Part shown: piece by piece, positions 10,005 to 20,719 of the stretch
How the letters are laid out: the number at the start of each line of letters is the position of its first letter
How positions within the stretch are numbered: the stretch's first letter is position 1
Source of the DNA: an uncultured Gammaproteobacteria bacterium
GTDB taxonomy: Bacteria; Patescibacteriota; Microgenomatia; UBA8517
Direction: 5' to 3'
Assembly: GCA_964431555.1 (NCBI GenBank)
Contig: CAYSJW010000005.1
Location: forward strand, 15,215 to 79,214
DNA length: 64,000 nt
Made by a program: the position numbers and the translations under genes
The notes under the pieces: model-generated
What the model was told of the DNA's origin: nothing
Database searches by the model: none
What the model saw: the letters and a program-made list of their open reading frames with translations, nothing else

Positions 10005-10140
10005 GCTTACGATTCCGGCCTTGACCTATTTTCGCATAGGGTTGCCCCTACACTATCGTCGGCGCTGGAGCGTTTTACAGATCTTGTTCGAAATGGAAAA
10101 GTGTAGTCCCACTCCGCTCACAAGACCGGAATCCTAAGCA
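10005..10140 (-). rRNA. rrf: 5S ribosomal RNA.
   Basis: Reverse complement contains CGAACAAGATCTGTAAAACGCTCCAGCGCCGACGATAGTGTAGGGG...CCCTATGCGAAAATAGG (compare E. coli CCGAACTCAGAAGTGAAACGCCGTAGCGCCGATGGTAGTGTGGGG...CCCATGCGAGAGTAGG). Helix I pairs TGCTTAGGATTCCGG with CCGGAATCGTAAGCA. Ends are approximate. Confidence 0.85.
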
Positions 10141-10297
10141 CAAACAACTTGCTCCCTGACAACTAAAGAGGAGGTCGTAAAAGAATTTTTTCGACCTATT
10201 CGTAGAAGGTAAGCTTAACATCTTACGATGCTTCCACTTCCTTTCGAACAATCTGGTATTCTGCCAGAGGTCTATGACGAGTTCTAATCTTGGGGTG

Positions 10298-10330
<33 letters not shown>

Positions 10331-10535
10331 CTTAGGAATGTAGCTACCCGGCGATGCCGCTGACGCGACAACCGGCACACCAGGGATTCCTCCAGCCTGG
10401 TCCTCTCGTACTGAGGCCAGCTCCCCTCAAAACTCATAACGCTTCCACCGGATAGAGTCCGACATAATTGTTACAAAGGCCGGGTTTTTATACCGGCTCC
10501 CTATGTCGCCATAGGGGTCCGACTATATCTTCTCT

Positions 10536-11304
10536 ACACAAAGTATAGAGTCTGGCGTATAGTCTGTGAGGATTCCAAACTAGAATGATTTTAACATCTG
10601 TCGCTTAGAGTACTTTCTCTTCCGAGTATTCATTGAATAAGAAATATCTAAGATATTCTTCATTCCTTCCCTAGTAAGATGCTTTCCTGACTCAACTAAC
10701 TTTAAAACTTGTTTAAATTTATAAAAAGCATCTCTTTTAATAAAAAGTCTTTTATCAAAGAAAGGAATAATTTTATGCAACAGACTAGATAAATCCCTTA
10801 CTACAAAAGCAAGTGATTTATCGTTTTTATCTGATGAACTATTTTGTCTTATGTAACCACATTGTAATCTATCCTTAAGAGATTCCAAAACCTTTCTGCC
10901 GGAAGGGTTCTGTGAAACCTTAAAAAAATAGATTACCTGCCAGCCATATTTTGTTTCAGAAGAAGGGACAACTCCTATATAAAACATTCCCTCTCCTTCA
11001 ACAAAACCAATAAAATAGTCGTCAGAAAAATACATATCTAGCTTGGTCTTTCCTGCTGGTTGACTCAGAGTTAAGATTTTCACCAGTACATAGATTATAT
11101 ACTAGTACTTAACTATTTAACGAGTGTTTCCAGCATACAGTGGCAAACTAAAATAAATTCAGTTCACCATCCCGTACTTAATAGTACTAGGACCAGATTT
11201 ATCTCAAACTGGGGGTTTGAGCCTGTAGAATACAACAGAGTCCTCAAGATCCAGAACCTCTACAGGAAAGACAGCTCGGTCATCTTGATATGTCTAACAA
11301 GATC
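10536..11304 (-). mobile_element. Group I intron in 23S rRNA domain V carrying a LAGLIDADG homing-endonuclease ORF.
   Basis: 23S collinearity breaks immediately after ...CGTCGCGAGACAGTT (plus coordinate ~11305). It resumes at ~10535 with the GTCGGACCCCTATGGCGACATAGGG region (compare E. coli GTTCGGTCCCTATCTGCCGTGGGCG). The intervening ~770 nt contains ORF 10580..11083. Confidence 0.85.
10580..11083 (-). CDS. LAGLIDADG-family homing endonuclease (intron-encoded).
   Basis: [39 protein letters not shown] carries the LAGLIDADG-type motif [10 protein letters not shown]. 167 aa, embedded in the 23S intron. Confidence 0.9.
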   Translation of the reverse strand: MKILTLSQPAGKTKLDMYFSDDYFIGFVEGEGMFYIGVVPSSETKYGWQVIYFFKVSQNPSGRKVLESLKDRLQCGYIRQNSSSDKNDKSLAFVVRDLSSLLHKIIPFFDKRLFIKRDAFYKFKQVLKLVESGKHLTREGMKNILDISYSMNTRKRKYSKRQMLKSF

Positions 11305-11362
11305 AACTGTCTCGCGACGTTCTGAACCCAGCTCACGTACCGCTTTAATGGGCGAACAGACC

Positions 11363-11393
<31 letters not shown>

Positions 11394-11968
11394 CGGTGAG
11401 CCGACATCGAGGTAGCGAACCGCACCGTCGATATGGACTCTCGGGTGCGACTACTCTGTTATCCCCGGGGTAGCTTTTATCCGTTAAGCTCCGCCCACAC
11501 CCATTGTGGATCGGAGGATCACTAAGACCTGCTTTCGCACCTCAAGGCACCATTCAGTGCCCTGCCAGATACCAAATGGCATCTGGGCTCCTGCCGTCAC
11601 AGTCGCAGTCAAGCTGGCTTATGCCTTTGTACATAAAGCACGATGTCCATCCGTGCTAAGCCAACCTTTGTACCCTTGCGTTACTCTTTGGCAAGGTACC
11701 GCCCCAGTAAAACTGCCCATCTAGCACTTTCCCCTGATTCGTTTGCAGAACCATAAGGTAAGTCTTGCCACGCTCCAAAGGGAGGTGTTTCACTTTCCCA
11801 GATACCATAGAGTACCTGGTCCCTCCTACTCTAAACAATTGGTTCGCACAAAACAATGCCAAACTGCAGTAAAGCTCCACGGGGTCTTTTTGTCCGGGTG
11901 GAAGTAGGCCGCGTCTTCACAGCCATCGCAATTTCGCCGAGTAGAGGCTCGAGACAGTTGCTAACTCG

Positions 11969-12002
<34 letters not shown>

Positions 12003-12933
12003 GAGGGACTTCGCTACCGTAGAACAGTTATAGTTACTGCTGCCGTTTACCGGAGCTTGAGTTCGGTGCACATAGCACACAACCATCAACTTCCACACCA
12101 GCCTTATTAGTCGTTAGCTGATTGTCGGTTGTTGAAAGTTGTGCGCTATGCACACCTCCCCTTAACTTACCGGCACTGGGCAGGCGTCAGCCCATATACC
12201 TTACCTTTCGGTTTTGCATGGACCTGTGTTTTTGTTAAACAGTCGGTTAGCAATCGTTAGCTGCGCCCTGAAGCCAGCTTGCGCATGCTTCAGGGAGGAC
12301 ATATCCCTAAGTTACGTCCAGCTTTTTTGCCGAGTTCCTTGAACCTCTTTCTCTCGCTCGCCTTAGTATTCTCTACCAGCCCACCTGTGTCGGTTTGTGG
12401 TACGGCTTGCTTTGAATCTCACTGCGAGCCTTTTTTGAAAGACTGAATAGGATGAAATTGCCCCGCTTTCGCAAGACTTTGCATAACTGCTTGATTAATC
12501 GTTTCAGCGGATTTCCCAACTGCCACTATCTCACAGCTTACACCGGACTTCACGTACCGGCTTCAACTATCCAACCTTGTCAGCCCCCAGCTAGTGTGCG
12601 TTGCACACTTGGGCGATTCAAAACAAATACAGGAATTTTAACCTGTCATCCATCAGCTACCCCCGCAATGCAGGGCTCACCTTAGGTGCCGACTAACCCG
12701 TCGCGGACGAACCTCCCGACGGAAACCTTGGGCATTCGGCGGAGGGGATTCTCACCCCTCTAGTTCGCTACTCATACCGGCATTCTCACTTCCAAACGCT
12801 CCACCACACCTTACGGTATGACTTCACCGCATTTGGAACGCTCCCCTACCGGGGATACCAAACGGTACCCCCCTCTGGCTTCGGTATCATTTTTAATCCT
12901 CGATAAATCTTCGGCGCCGTAAACCATCAACCA

Positions 12934-12992
<59 letters not shown>

Positions 12993-13505
12993 ATGATTTT
13001 CGACTTCCTTTCAAACTTAAAATGAATTTAGAGACCTTAGCCGAGAGTCTGGGTTGTTTCCCTCTCGTCTTATCAGCTTAGCCCGATAAGACTGTCTAGC
13101 AAGTTTTCGCACATCATTATTCGGAGTTTGGTTGGAATAACTCGGTTGCCCTCGCTATCCCATCCAGTAGCTCTACCACTAATGTACCTACCTTGCCACG
13201 GTGCCTATACACCTTTCGGGGAGAACCAGCTATCTCCAGGCTCGATTGGCATATTACCCCTATCCACAAGTCATCCGAGCTTATTGCAACAAACACCGGT
13301 TCGGGCCTCCCCCTAGATTTCTCTAGGGTTCACCCTGCTCATGGATAGATCGCTCTGGTTTCGGGTCTCGCCACACTTTCTAGGGCACTATTCGTACCCA
13401 TCCAAAATGGAATTCGCTTTCGCTACGCCTCCGTTCTTTAAAGAACTTAGACTTGTGAAAATGAGGCGAACTCGCCGGTTCATTCTTCAATAGGCACGCT
13501 ATCAC

Positions 13506-13640
13506 ACCTCGCTTCACTCGGTGTTCAAAAAATCAAAATGAAAAAGAATAAATATTAAAGAATTAATAAACTTTTATCTCTTAAATACTCATCTTACACT
13601 TTTCATTTTGAAGTATGAATTTGAGCGTCGAGTGAAACGA
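13506..13640 (-). other. AT-rich hairpin insertion (intervening-sequence-like expansion) inside the 23S rRNA 5' half.
   Basis: ~130 nt of ~20% GC inside otherwise ~50% GC rRNA, with an inverted repeat CAAAATGAAAAAG...CTTTTCATTTTG. It is flanked by conserved 23S sequence. Confidence 0.5.
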
Positions 13641-13709
13641 GATGCTCTAGCGGTTTGTCCGCAAACAGTTTCAGGTTCTATTTCACTGGGCGTCCCGCCC
13701 TTCTTTTCG

Positions 13710-13741
<32 letters not shown>

Positions 13742-14650
13742 TTTCAAGCATATTTAGCCTTGGAGGATGGTTCCCCCAGATTCCCACAGATTTTAGACCG
13801 TGGTACTTAGGATACTTCTAGAGGTTGGTTTAGTTTCACATACGAGGCTTTCACTCTCTATGGCCTTCTATTCCAAGACGTTCTGCTACCAAACCAACTC
13901 CCACAATGAAGTCCTGCAACCCTCTTTCGTTCCCGAAGAAACAAAAGAGTTTAGGCTATTGCCGTTTCGCTCTCCACTACTAAGGCAATCACTATTGTTT
14001 TCTTTTCCTCACCCTACTAAGATGTTTCAGTTCGGATGGTTCCCTCCTCGCACCTTATAGGTACTCACAACAATCAACAATCAACCAACAGATATTGTAA
14101 GTTCCGCGGAGCGGAACACGTCGACTGTTAACTGTAGAGAGTACCTCTTAGGGTACGGGTAGTCGCTTTTGAAAGCAACTGGGTTTCCCCATTCGGACAC
14201 CGCCGGATCACTGGATCGTGGCTCCTACCCGGCGATTATCGGAAGCCTTGCCCGTCCTTCTTCGGTGCTTGAAACCAAGGCATCCACTGTCTGCGTTAGT
14301 AAAAGACTTTTACGACCTTGTCCGTAATAGCTTGTACAAAGTACACGCATACGGACCTACTTCCCCAAATTAAAAGATCAATATTGGGGATATCTTTCCT
14401 CTTTAGTTGTTAAGGAGCAAATCAATTTTAGATATAAGATCTAAGATACAGGATACAAGATTTAAGATTTCAGTTCAAAAAATCTTACTTCCTACTTCCT
14501 TCATCTTACATCCTAATTCCAACAACTAACCACTCACAACCCACAACTCACCACTTATTTCCCACTACCCATATATTCTTGATTCTTGGTAAACGGAGAC
14601 TCGTGATCAAAAAGCCAAATCACCAATCTCCGATTAGCAAAAATCAAATG

Positions 14651-14724
14651 TGGACCCGGAGGGAATCGAACCCTCTACCTCCTCATTGCAAATGAGGTGT
14701 TCAAACCTTGTAAACTTCGGGCCC
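14651..14724 (-). tRNA. tRNA-Ala (anticodon UGC).
   Basis: Reverse complement GGGCCCGAAGTTTACAAGGTTTGAACACCTCATTTGCAATGAGGAGGTAGAGGGTTCGATTCCCTCCGGGTCCA. The anticodon loop is TTTGCAA, with G3:U70 and an A discriminator. It lies upstream of 23S as expected for a spacer tRNA. Confidence 0.88.
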
Positions 14725-14954
14725 TAACCCCCACGGATCTTTTAATTTTTTTAATCTGCAAAACAAAAAAACCCGCTCATTAAGGCGGGTTGACTAAACA
14801 AAAGGAAACCTCTTTCACCCACAAAAGGGGGTATTAAGATTGGTTTCTTTGTGAATTTTCATTATTTTCATCAAGCAACTCGCCTTAAGGCAAGGACAAT
14901 TATATTACACTCTGTCAAGACAAGTCAACCACAATTTTTTTCAAAATATCTCCC

Positions 14955-15839
14955 CTAATTGATTGATTCTTGAATAATTTCTCTGGCTTGATTAATAGGT
15001 AATTTTTCGTTTTTTACATTAACCTCATCAGGCAAATTCTTTCCCCAAATTTCCAAAATTCTTTGTCTATCATTTTCATCCGTAACTAACTGCTTAAATC
15101 TCTCCCTTACAAAATTAACGAAAAAGTATGGATTAACTTCTGCAAAAGGATTTTCAATCCCATTTTCATATATCAATCCTAAAAGTCTCCTCTCATTTTG
15201 ACTAAATAAATCATTACCAATCTGATCCATGACTCTCATAAAAACACTAAATGGAGATTTTTGGTCTTCAGGCATGTATTTCGTTTCGTTTATAAGATGT
15301 TTGACAAATTGATTATACCTTTGCTTTTTTTCCTCGCCCAAATTGGAATTATTAATTAAAAATTCAGCAATAGCTTGACTCCTTTCTTCCGCAACTTTGC
15401 CTGTAAAAACATCTTTACCAGCAGTATAGTTGGGAAGGAAAGAAGGTTTAATATTGCCACTTCTTACCGAGAGAAAACTTATTATATTACCAGTATCGTG
15501 GGTATAGATTGCAAACATTATAGCTTCAGACAATTCATCTTCCGGAATAATTAAGTCTGGATGAGAATTATTCCACAAATCCAACGACTTATACAATTCT
15601 AACGGATCATCATCTCTAGAACATCCATCCATATACTTTTTTACAGCACCCACTACTGCTTCAATGTGGCGTCTATTATGAAAGGAGTCTTTATTATTCC
15701 ATACCTCGCTATCAAAAGTATCATGCCACGTAAGACATTTTTCCCAAATTTCCTGGGGCGATAATTGCTCCTTTAATCTACTAGTCTCATTCTCAACAAT
15801 TACAGTTTGAATTTCCTGATTTTCAAGAACATCTGTCAT
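14955..15839 (-). CDS. HD-domain (metal-dependent phosphohydrolase superfamily) protein encoded between tRNA-Ile and tRNA-Ala of the rRNA operon.
   Basis: A 294-aa ORF with H...HD motifs (FHNRRHIEAVV; AIYTHDTGNI) and later acidic residues. It is on the same strand as, and between, the two spacer tRNAs. Confidence 0.55.
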   Translation of the reverse strand: MTDVLENQEIQTVIVENETSRLKEQLSPQEIWEKCLTWHDTFDSEVWNNKDSFHNRRHIEAVVGAVKKYMDGCSRDDDPLELYKSLDLWNNSHPDLIIPEDELSEAIMFAIYTHDTGNIISFLSVRSGNIKPSFLPNYTAGKDVFTGKVAEERSQAIAEFLINNSNLGEEKKQRYNQFVKHLINETKYMPEDQKSPFSVFMRVMDQIGNDLFSQNERRLLGLIYENGIENPFAEVNPYFFVNFVRERFKQLVTDENDRQRILEIWGKNLPDEVNVKNEKLPINQAREIIQESIN

Positions 15840-15939
15840 TTAATAACCCTTGATATATATGATATATACTTCATTTTACCAACCTGGAAAATAAAATTAA
15901 AACAAATCTCCTTTATTTATAAAAATAGTTCAGTTTTTG

Positions 15940-16012
15940 TGGGCGGCCATGGAATCGAACCATGCACCTCTTACTTATCAGGTAAGCGTTCTAACCGATG
16001 AACTAGCCGCCC
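15940..16012 (-). tRNA. tRNA-Ile (anticodon GAU).
   Basis: Reverse complement GGGCGGCTAGTTCATCGGTTAGAACGCTTACCTGATAAGTAAGAGGTGCATGGTTCGATTCCATGGCCGCCCA. The anticodon loop is CTGATAA and the cloverleaf is canonical. Confidence 0.9.
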
Positions 16013-16181
16013 GAAAATATACTAAACTGTTTACTACAAATAAAATTTTACATTTATTTTTTTCCAAAAACAACCCACCACCCACTACTCACAACCCACA
16101 ACTCACTACCCACCACTCACAACCCACAACTCATATCTCACCCCCCCTTCTTTTACTCTGACTTAAATGTATAATTAGATT

Positions 16182-16880
16182 ATGGAAAAACTAACCACAC
16201 TTGCCCTCAAGCTTCCCAGAAACACTCAGGTTACGCCGGAAGCGGCAAAAACCTTCCTTTCTGCACTCATCCAAATTAACTTTATCTCTACCTTTAAAAA
16301 ACTTTTCGGCACTAAAAGAAAACCTTTAGCTTTAGAGATTGCTCTTATTAATCAACAAATCTACTTTTTGATAACTACGGATAACGAACTTATTCCCTTT
16401 ATAGAAACACAGATTACCTCAAATTACCCCTTGGCGATAATCGAAAAGACAAAAGACCCTCTTGAAGTAATTTCTTACAATTTAGTCAACATTTTCCTTC
16501 AAAAAGGAAACTATTATCCAATTGCCACATTTGAAAATTTTCAAGAGGTTGACCTACTCTCTTCAATACTTTCTGTTCTTGCGAAATCCGATCCAGACGA
16601 AGTCACAGTCATTCAATATGCACTTGAATCAACAAATAATTCTTGGCAAACAAAAGGAGCGGGCTTTGCAAAAAAAGGAACAAAAAACCCCGATGGTACT
16701 TATTCCCCAAGATTTGATTTAAATATCATAAACGAAAAAATTTCTTACCCAGGTTTCAGATGTAGCATCCGAATTATTAGTAATGCAAATAAAACCCTAA
16801 ATGAATTGTCAAGTGCCTTTGGTGTCTTTAATAGATCCGACGGAAATTACTTTATTTCTCAAAGACCTAATTTTTTTTAA
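16182..16880 (+). CDS. Hypothetical protein.
   Basis: A 232-aa ORF with ordinary composition for this genome; no recognisable motifs. Confidence 0.45.
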   Translation: MEKLTTLALKLPRNTQVTPEAAKTFLSALIQINFISTFKKLFGTKRKPLALEIALINQQIYFLITTDNELIPFIETQITSNYPLAIIEKTKDPLEVISYNLVNIFLQKGNYYPIATFENFQEVDLLSSILSVLAKSDPDEVTVIQYALESTNNSWQTKGAGFAKKGTKNPDGTYSPRFDLNIINEKISYPGFRCSIRIISNANKTLNELSSAFGVFNRSDGNYFISQRPNFF

Positions 16881-17027
16881 TAATAGGAGTATAAAAACTA
16901 AACCAACCGGAAAGTAAAATATACTCAGAACCTTCATCTATTACCAGCTTTTATCAGAGGTAATAATATAACACAAGGCAACTTCATCCCAAAAGGAAAA
17001 TGTTAACAAATTTTACCTTCTTATCCT

Positions 17028-18317
17028 TTATTTCCCACCCCTACCTTTTCCTCGCTCGGAACGAGGGGGATGGTTTCCTGGAGTCTGTCCACGCTCATCG
17101 TTCGAGGGGTTTCTATTATTACTATTTCCTGGATCGCACCCTTCAGGACCATTACCAATACCTTGATTACATTTTCGCTTATTTTCCCCAGGAGTTTCCG
17201 GTGTTGGCTCTAATGTTGGCTCCGGTGTTGGCTTAGGAGTAGACTCGGTAGTTGGAATGCCCTGTTGCGGACCATATTCCTCGCCTCTAGGGACCTCTCG
17301 CACAACACCACCTACAGGGACAAATCTCCCACCATCAACACCACAAGGACTCCCATTTGAATCCCCACTATCTTGATCTCCAATAACTTTTTCTAGCCCT
17401 CGGTTATAAAGGTCTGGAGTATTGGCAAGAGAGAAGACCTCAACCCTTAGACCTTGACCGTCAGTAACCGCCGCTAATAAAACGGGGTTTCCGGAATCTT
17501 TTCCACGAAAAATTTCTTCTTCCCTTCCGTTACCCGGTTTTTCCACACCTCCTCGAAAACTAACTCTTGCCACATTCTCAAGCTGAGGACCAAAAAGAGG
17601 ATAGCCCAGATATGTTTCATTGGTATCAAAGTCAGGACCAATAGTCCACCATTTCCCATCAACATTCTGGGGTTGAATAGCAAGATCGTCATAGGCTATC
17701 CTTTCAAATAATCTCCTTCTTTCTTCCTGAACAGCAGGATGAAAAGGATCTTTACCTTGTAAACTCAAGAAACCATCAACATAAGCAAGAAGCGCTTTAT
17801 CAATCTCTTTTGCTTCTACAATTGCCCAGCCTCTACTGTAACCGTCATTACCTTTTCTTAGCAAGTCACCTCTACCTAGCAAATCCGAAGTTCTCAAATT
17901 CGCCAAATCGTTAGGAGTAAAGCCAAGACCCTGCCCATCATTTTTAAGATCAAAATCCAAACCTCTTTCCCACAAAGCGCCCTTAACTCCCTTAGGACCT
18001 CCAACAGGAGCGGTTAATTGGTGAAACATTCTATCATGCATATTAATCCTAGCATCCACGGCTTCCCTCAGAGGATTCTCTCGGAGTTCCCCATTAAGAT
18101 CTTCTAGTCTTCCCCTAAGATATTTTCCAAACGTTTCAGGAGTTACAATATTTATACCACCATTTTCTACTGCTGCAAAATTAACACCCGCTGGATGGCT
18201 TGAAATCGGATATTCGCGAGACGCTTCTGGACCTTCAACGAATAGAGCACCACCAGCCACAGCTGCTAGTCTTAAAAAATCTCTTCGTGATAATCGTGGT
18301 AATCTGTCGACTGCCAT
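17028..18317 (-). CDS. Tat-signal (twin-arginine) exported hypothetical protein with a Pro/Thr-rich C-terminus, compositionally atypical (~48-50% GC).
   Basis: N-terminus MAVDRLPRLSRRDFLRLAAVAGGALF (S-R-R-x-F-L motif plus h-region). The C-terminal tail is TPKPTPEPTLEPTPETPG-rich. Local GC is clearly higher than the flanking ~33%. Confidence 0.6.
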   Translation of the reverse strand: MAVDRLPRLSRRDFLRLAAVAGGALFVEGPEASREYPISSHPAGVNFAAVENGGINIVTPETFGKYLRGRLEDLNGELRENPLREAVDARINMHDRMFHQLTAPVGGPKGVKGALWERGLDFDLKNDGQGLGFTPNDLANLRTSDLLGRGDLLRKGNDGYSRGWAIVEAKEIDKALLAYVDGFLSLQGKDPFHPAVQEERRRLFERIAYDDLAIQPQNVDGKWWTIGPDFDTNETYLGYPLFGPQLENVARVSFRGGVEKPGNGREEEIFRGKDSGNPVLLAAVTDGQGLRVEVFSLANTPDLYNRGLEKVIGDQDSGDSNGSPCGVDGGRFVPVGGVVREVPRGEEYGPQQGIPTTESTPKPTPEPTLEPTPETPGENKRKCNQGIGNGPEGCDPGNSNNRNPSNDERGQTPGNHPPRSERGKGRGGK

Positions 18318-18567
18318 ACCTTCCTTTTAATTGTCTTTACTATACCAAAAAGGAGGCTTCTTGTCAACTACAGGATGTTTTTTACTCAAAACAAGTATAA
18401 CTCACAACATGATATCTCTTAGGCATTTGCACAAGAGGTAGTACAAACTGCTCTTACCTCCTTGTCTTGCTGTTAAATCTTTACCCACCCTCCCCCAAGC
18501 TGTTTTTTATTTTCTTCCGAGAGGCTAGGCTATTTTCAGGCAAAAGTGTTATCATAAATAAAGCCCA

Positions 18568-19332
18568 ATGAATAACCACAAAAAGTTATTTATCTACACA
18601 ATTCTAATAACTACAGCCTTCTTTCTAACTCGACTAATAAATCTGACCTTACAACCTATTTTTTGCGATGAAGCTATTTACATAAACTGGGCCCAAAAAA
18701 CAGAGAACAATTTTAAGCTAAACGCTTTTTTGCCTTTAACAGATGGTAAAACTCCACTTTTTATGTGGGCAACTTCATTAAGCCTTAAAATTTTCAAAGA
18801 TCCTCTTTTTGCTGGAAGAATAGTCTCAGTTCTTGCCGGTTTTTCTTCTCTCATCGCCGCTTTTTTTCTCGGAAAAGAAATTTTCAAAACAAAAACAGGA
18901 ATTATCTCTGCTATTCTGCTAACTTTTCTGCCGTTTACTCTGTTTTTTGACAGAATGGCCCTAGTTGATTCAATGCTTGCCACTTTTTATCTTTGGTCCT
19001 TAGCGCTTGCCTTAAAAATATCTCAAAAGCCCAAGGTCAAAACAGCCGTTCTTTTAGGCTTAAGTTTGGGAGGAGGGATATTAACCAAAACCCCGGGAAT
19101 TTTTGCTTTTATCTCTTTACCCTTCATACTCATTGCAACCAACTTAAAAGATCTTAAAAAGGTAGCACTTAATCTTGGTCTTTCCGCTTTTATTGGTTTC
19201 TTTATTTTTAACCTGCTTAGAATTAGCCCCTATTTTGAAAACTTGTCAAAAAGAGACTCTGGGTATTACTTTCCCATAAGACATATCCTAGAAAACCCCA
19301 CAAATCCACTAACTGGAAATACAATAGGGTAA
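18568..19332 (+). pseudogene. N-terminal fragment of a GT-C fold (GT39/GT83, ArnT/PMT-like) membrane glycosyltransferase, truncated by IS insertion.
   Basis: Polytopic membrane N-terminus with FCDEAIYINWAQ (DE..Y loop motif of PMT/ArnT-type transferases). The ORF ends after 254 aa with a TAA lying inside the IS inverted repeat (GGGTAAAGT), whereas family members are ~450-550 aa. Confidence 0.5.
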
Positions 19333-20184
19333 AGTCTAATTATTCGGACCTTAAATGTTGATTTAATAACATAAATAAGCGTTTTTCTTGCTCTTTGAAA
19401 TTTTAATTTCTGTGATTGTATCGCCAGATGTATTCTCCAAGATATAAAGGCAGTCTTTGTTGACAAATTCCACCTCTAGCCGCTAGTTTCCTTTTCAAAT
19501 ATCCCCAAAATCCTTCAAGGCCATTGATGTGATTTCCTTTTTTATTAGAATACTCTTTTTTACTATGATCAACAAGTCGATGGACATAACCTTTGGATGC
19601 TAATCCAGTGTATCCTCGCCAAGTATCAGAACAGATGGTTGAACCTTTGCTAACTTGTTTTTCAATTAAGGGTTGTAAATCTCTGGCTTCTGTATCAGGA
19701 ACAATCTCAGCGAATATCTTTCCTTCCCGGCACAAAATACCAAAGACTGGTTGTTTAATAGTCCCAAAACCCCTGCGATTTTTACCATATTTTATGCAGT
19801 CTTTTTGCTTTCTATTCTTCATTTGACCACCCAAGTAAGTCTCATCTACTTCTACTATTCCCGAAAAGATGTCTGGCACATCTTTAGTCATTACTATTCT
19901 TAACAGAATTAATAATTTCAGAAGTTTGTATTTGGAAATGTTAACCCTTTCAAGGATAGTGTTGGTTGAATGTTCTAACACAAACTCAGAAATTACTTTT
20001 TTAACAACCCTTTTATTAAGTCTTAGAAGCTTCTTTTTCAGAGTAAATGACTTTCGACAAACTAAACAACGAAGACGTCCATCTTTTAATCTCCAGAACC
20101 TTTTGGTATTACTACATTGTAAACATTTCGTCATATTCCTAATGTGATTTTATCCCATTAGGTCTGAAATATTGAACTTTACCC
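19327..20184 (-). mobile_element. IS1595-family insertion sequence (~858 bp) with ~24-bp terminal inverted repeats.
   Basis: Left end GGGTAAAGTCTAATTATTCGGACC (19327..19350). The right end reverse complement is GGGTAAAGTTCAATATTTCAGACC (20161..20184). It encloses transposase ORF 19403..20134. Confidence 0.8.
19403..20134 (-). CDS. IS1595-family (ISXO2-like) DDE transposase.
   Basis: N-terminal zinc ribbon CLQCSNTKRFWRLKDGRLRCLVCRK and a C-terminal region ...HINGLEGFWGYLKRKL...YLGEYIWRYNHRN typical of DDE_Tnp_IS1595. Confidence 0.85.
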   Translation of the reverse strand: MTKCLQCSNTKRFWRLKDGRLRCLVCRKSFTLKKKLLRLNKRVVKKVISEFVLEHSTNTILERVNISKYKLLKLLILLRIVMTKDVPDIFSGIVEVDETYLGGQMKNRKQKDCIKYGKNRRGFGTIKQPVFGILCREGKIFAEIVPDTEARDLQPLIEKQVSKGSTICSDTWRGYTGLASKGYVHRLVDHSKKEYSNKKGNHINGLEGFWGYLKRKLAARGGICQQRLPLYLGEYIWRYNHRN

Positions 20185-20446
20185 TATATTATGAAAGCTT
20201 TCTAGTCAATGATAACTAAAATATTCAAAACATATCTTCAAAGCACCCCTTGTTAGAAGAGAAAAAAATTTCAAGCGGGATCGTGGGACAAAAAACCTCC
20301 TTGTAAAACTCTTGGTGGAGGGTACAGAGATGGTAAAAAATAGCAGTTAGCAATTAGCAGTTAGTTGTTAGTTGTTAGTAGTTAGTAGTTAGCAATTAGC
20401 AGTTGGCGGTTGGTAATTAGCAGTTGGTTTTTAGTAAAATGCAAAT

Positions 20447-20719
20447 ATGAGCGGTTTTGAGGATTTGAGGATTTATAGACTTTCTTTGGAGGGCTGCAAG
20501 ATAATTTACAAGATTATTTTAAAAGACCCTATTAAAAAAGATTACTCTTTAGTTGATCAAATAAAAAGGGCAGTTATGTCGATTGTCGCTAATATTGCTG
20601 AAGGTTATGGACGCTACACTAAAAAAGACCGCTCTCAGTTTTTAACATATTCAATTGGATCTTGTAATGAAGTACTAGCCTTTTTGGATATAATCAATAC
20701 TATTTGTAATATTGAATAA
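20447..20719 (+). CDS. Four-helix-bundle protein (TIGR02436, '23S rRNA intervening-sequence protein' family), short form.
   Basis: LRIYRLSLEGCKIIYKI...AVMSIVANIAEGYGRYTKKDRSQFLTYSIGSCNEVLAFLDI has the NIAEG signature. It is a paralog of the ORF inside the 16S IVS. It is flanked by inverted heptamer arrays at 20341..20427 and 20811..20880. Confidence 0.75.
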   Translation: MSGFEDLRIYRLSLEGCKIIYKIILKDPIKKDYSLVDQIKRAVMSIVANIAEGYGRYTKKDRSQFLTYSIGSCNEVLAFLDIINTICNIE

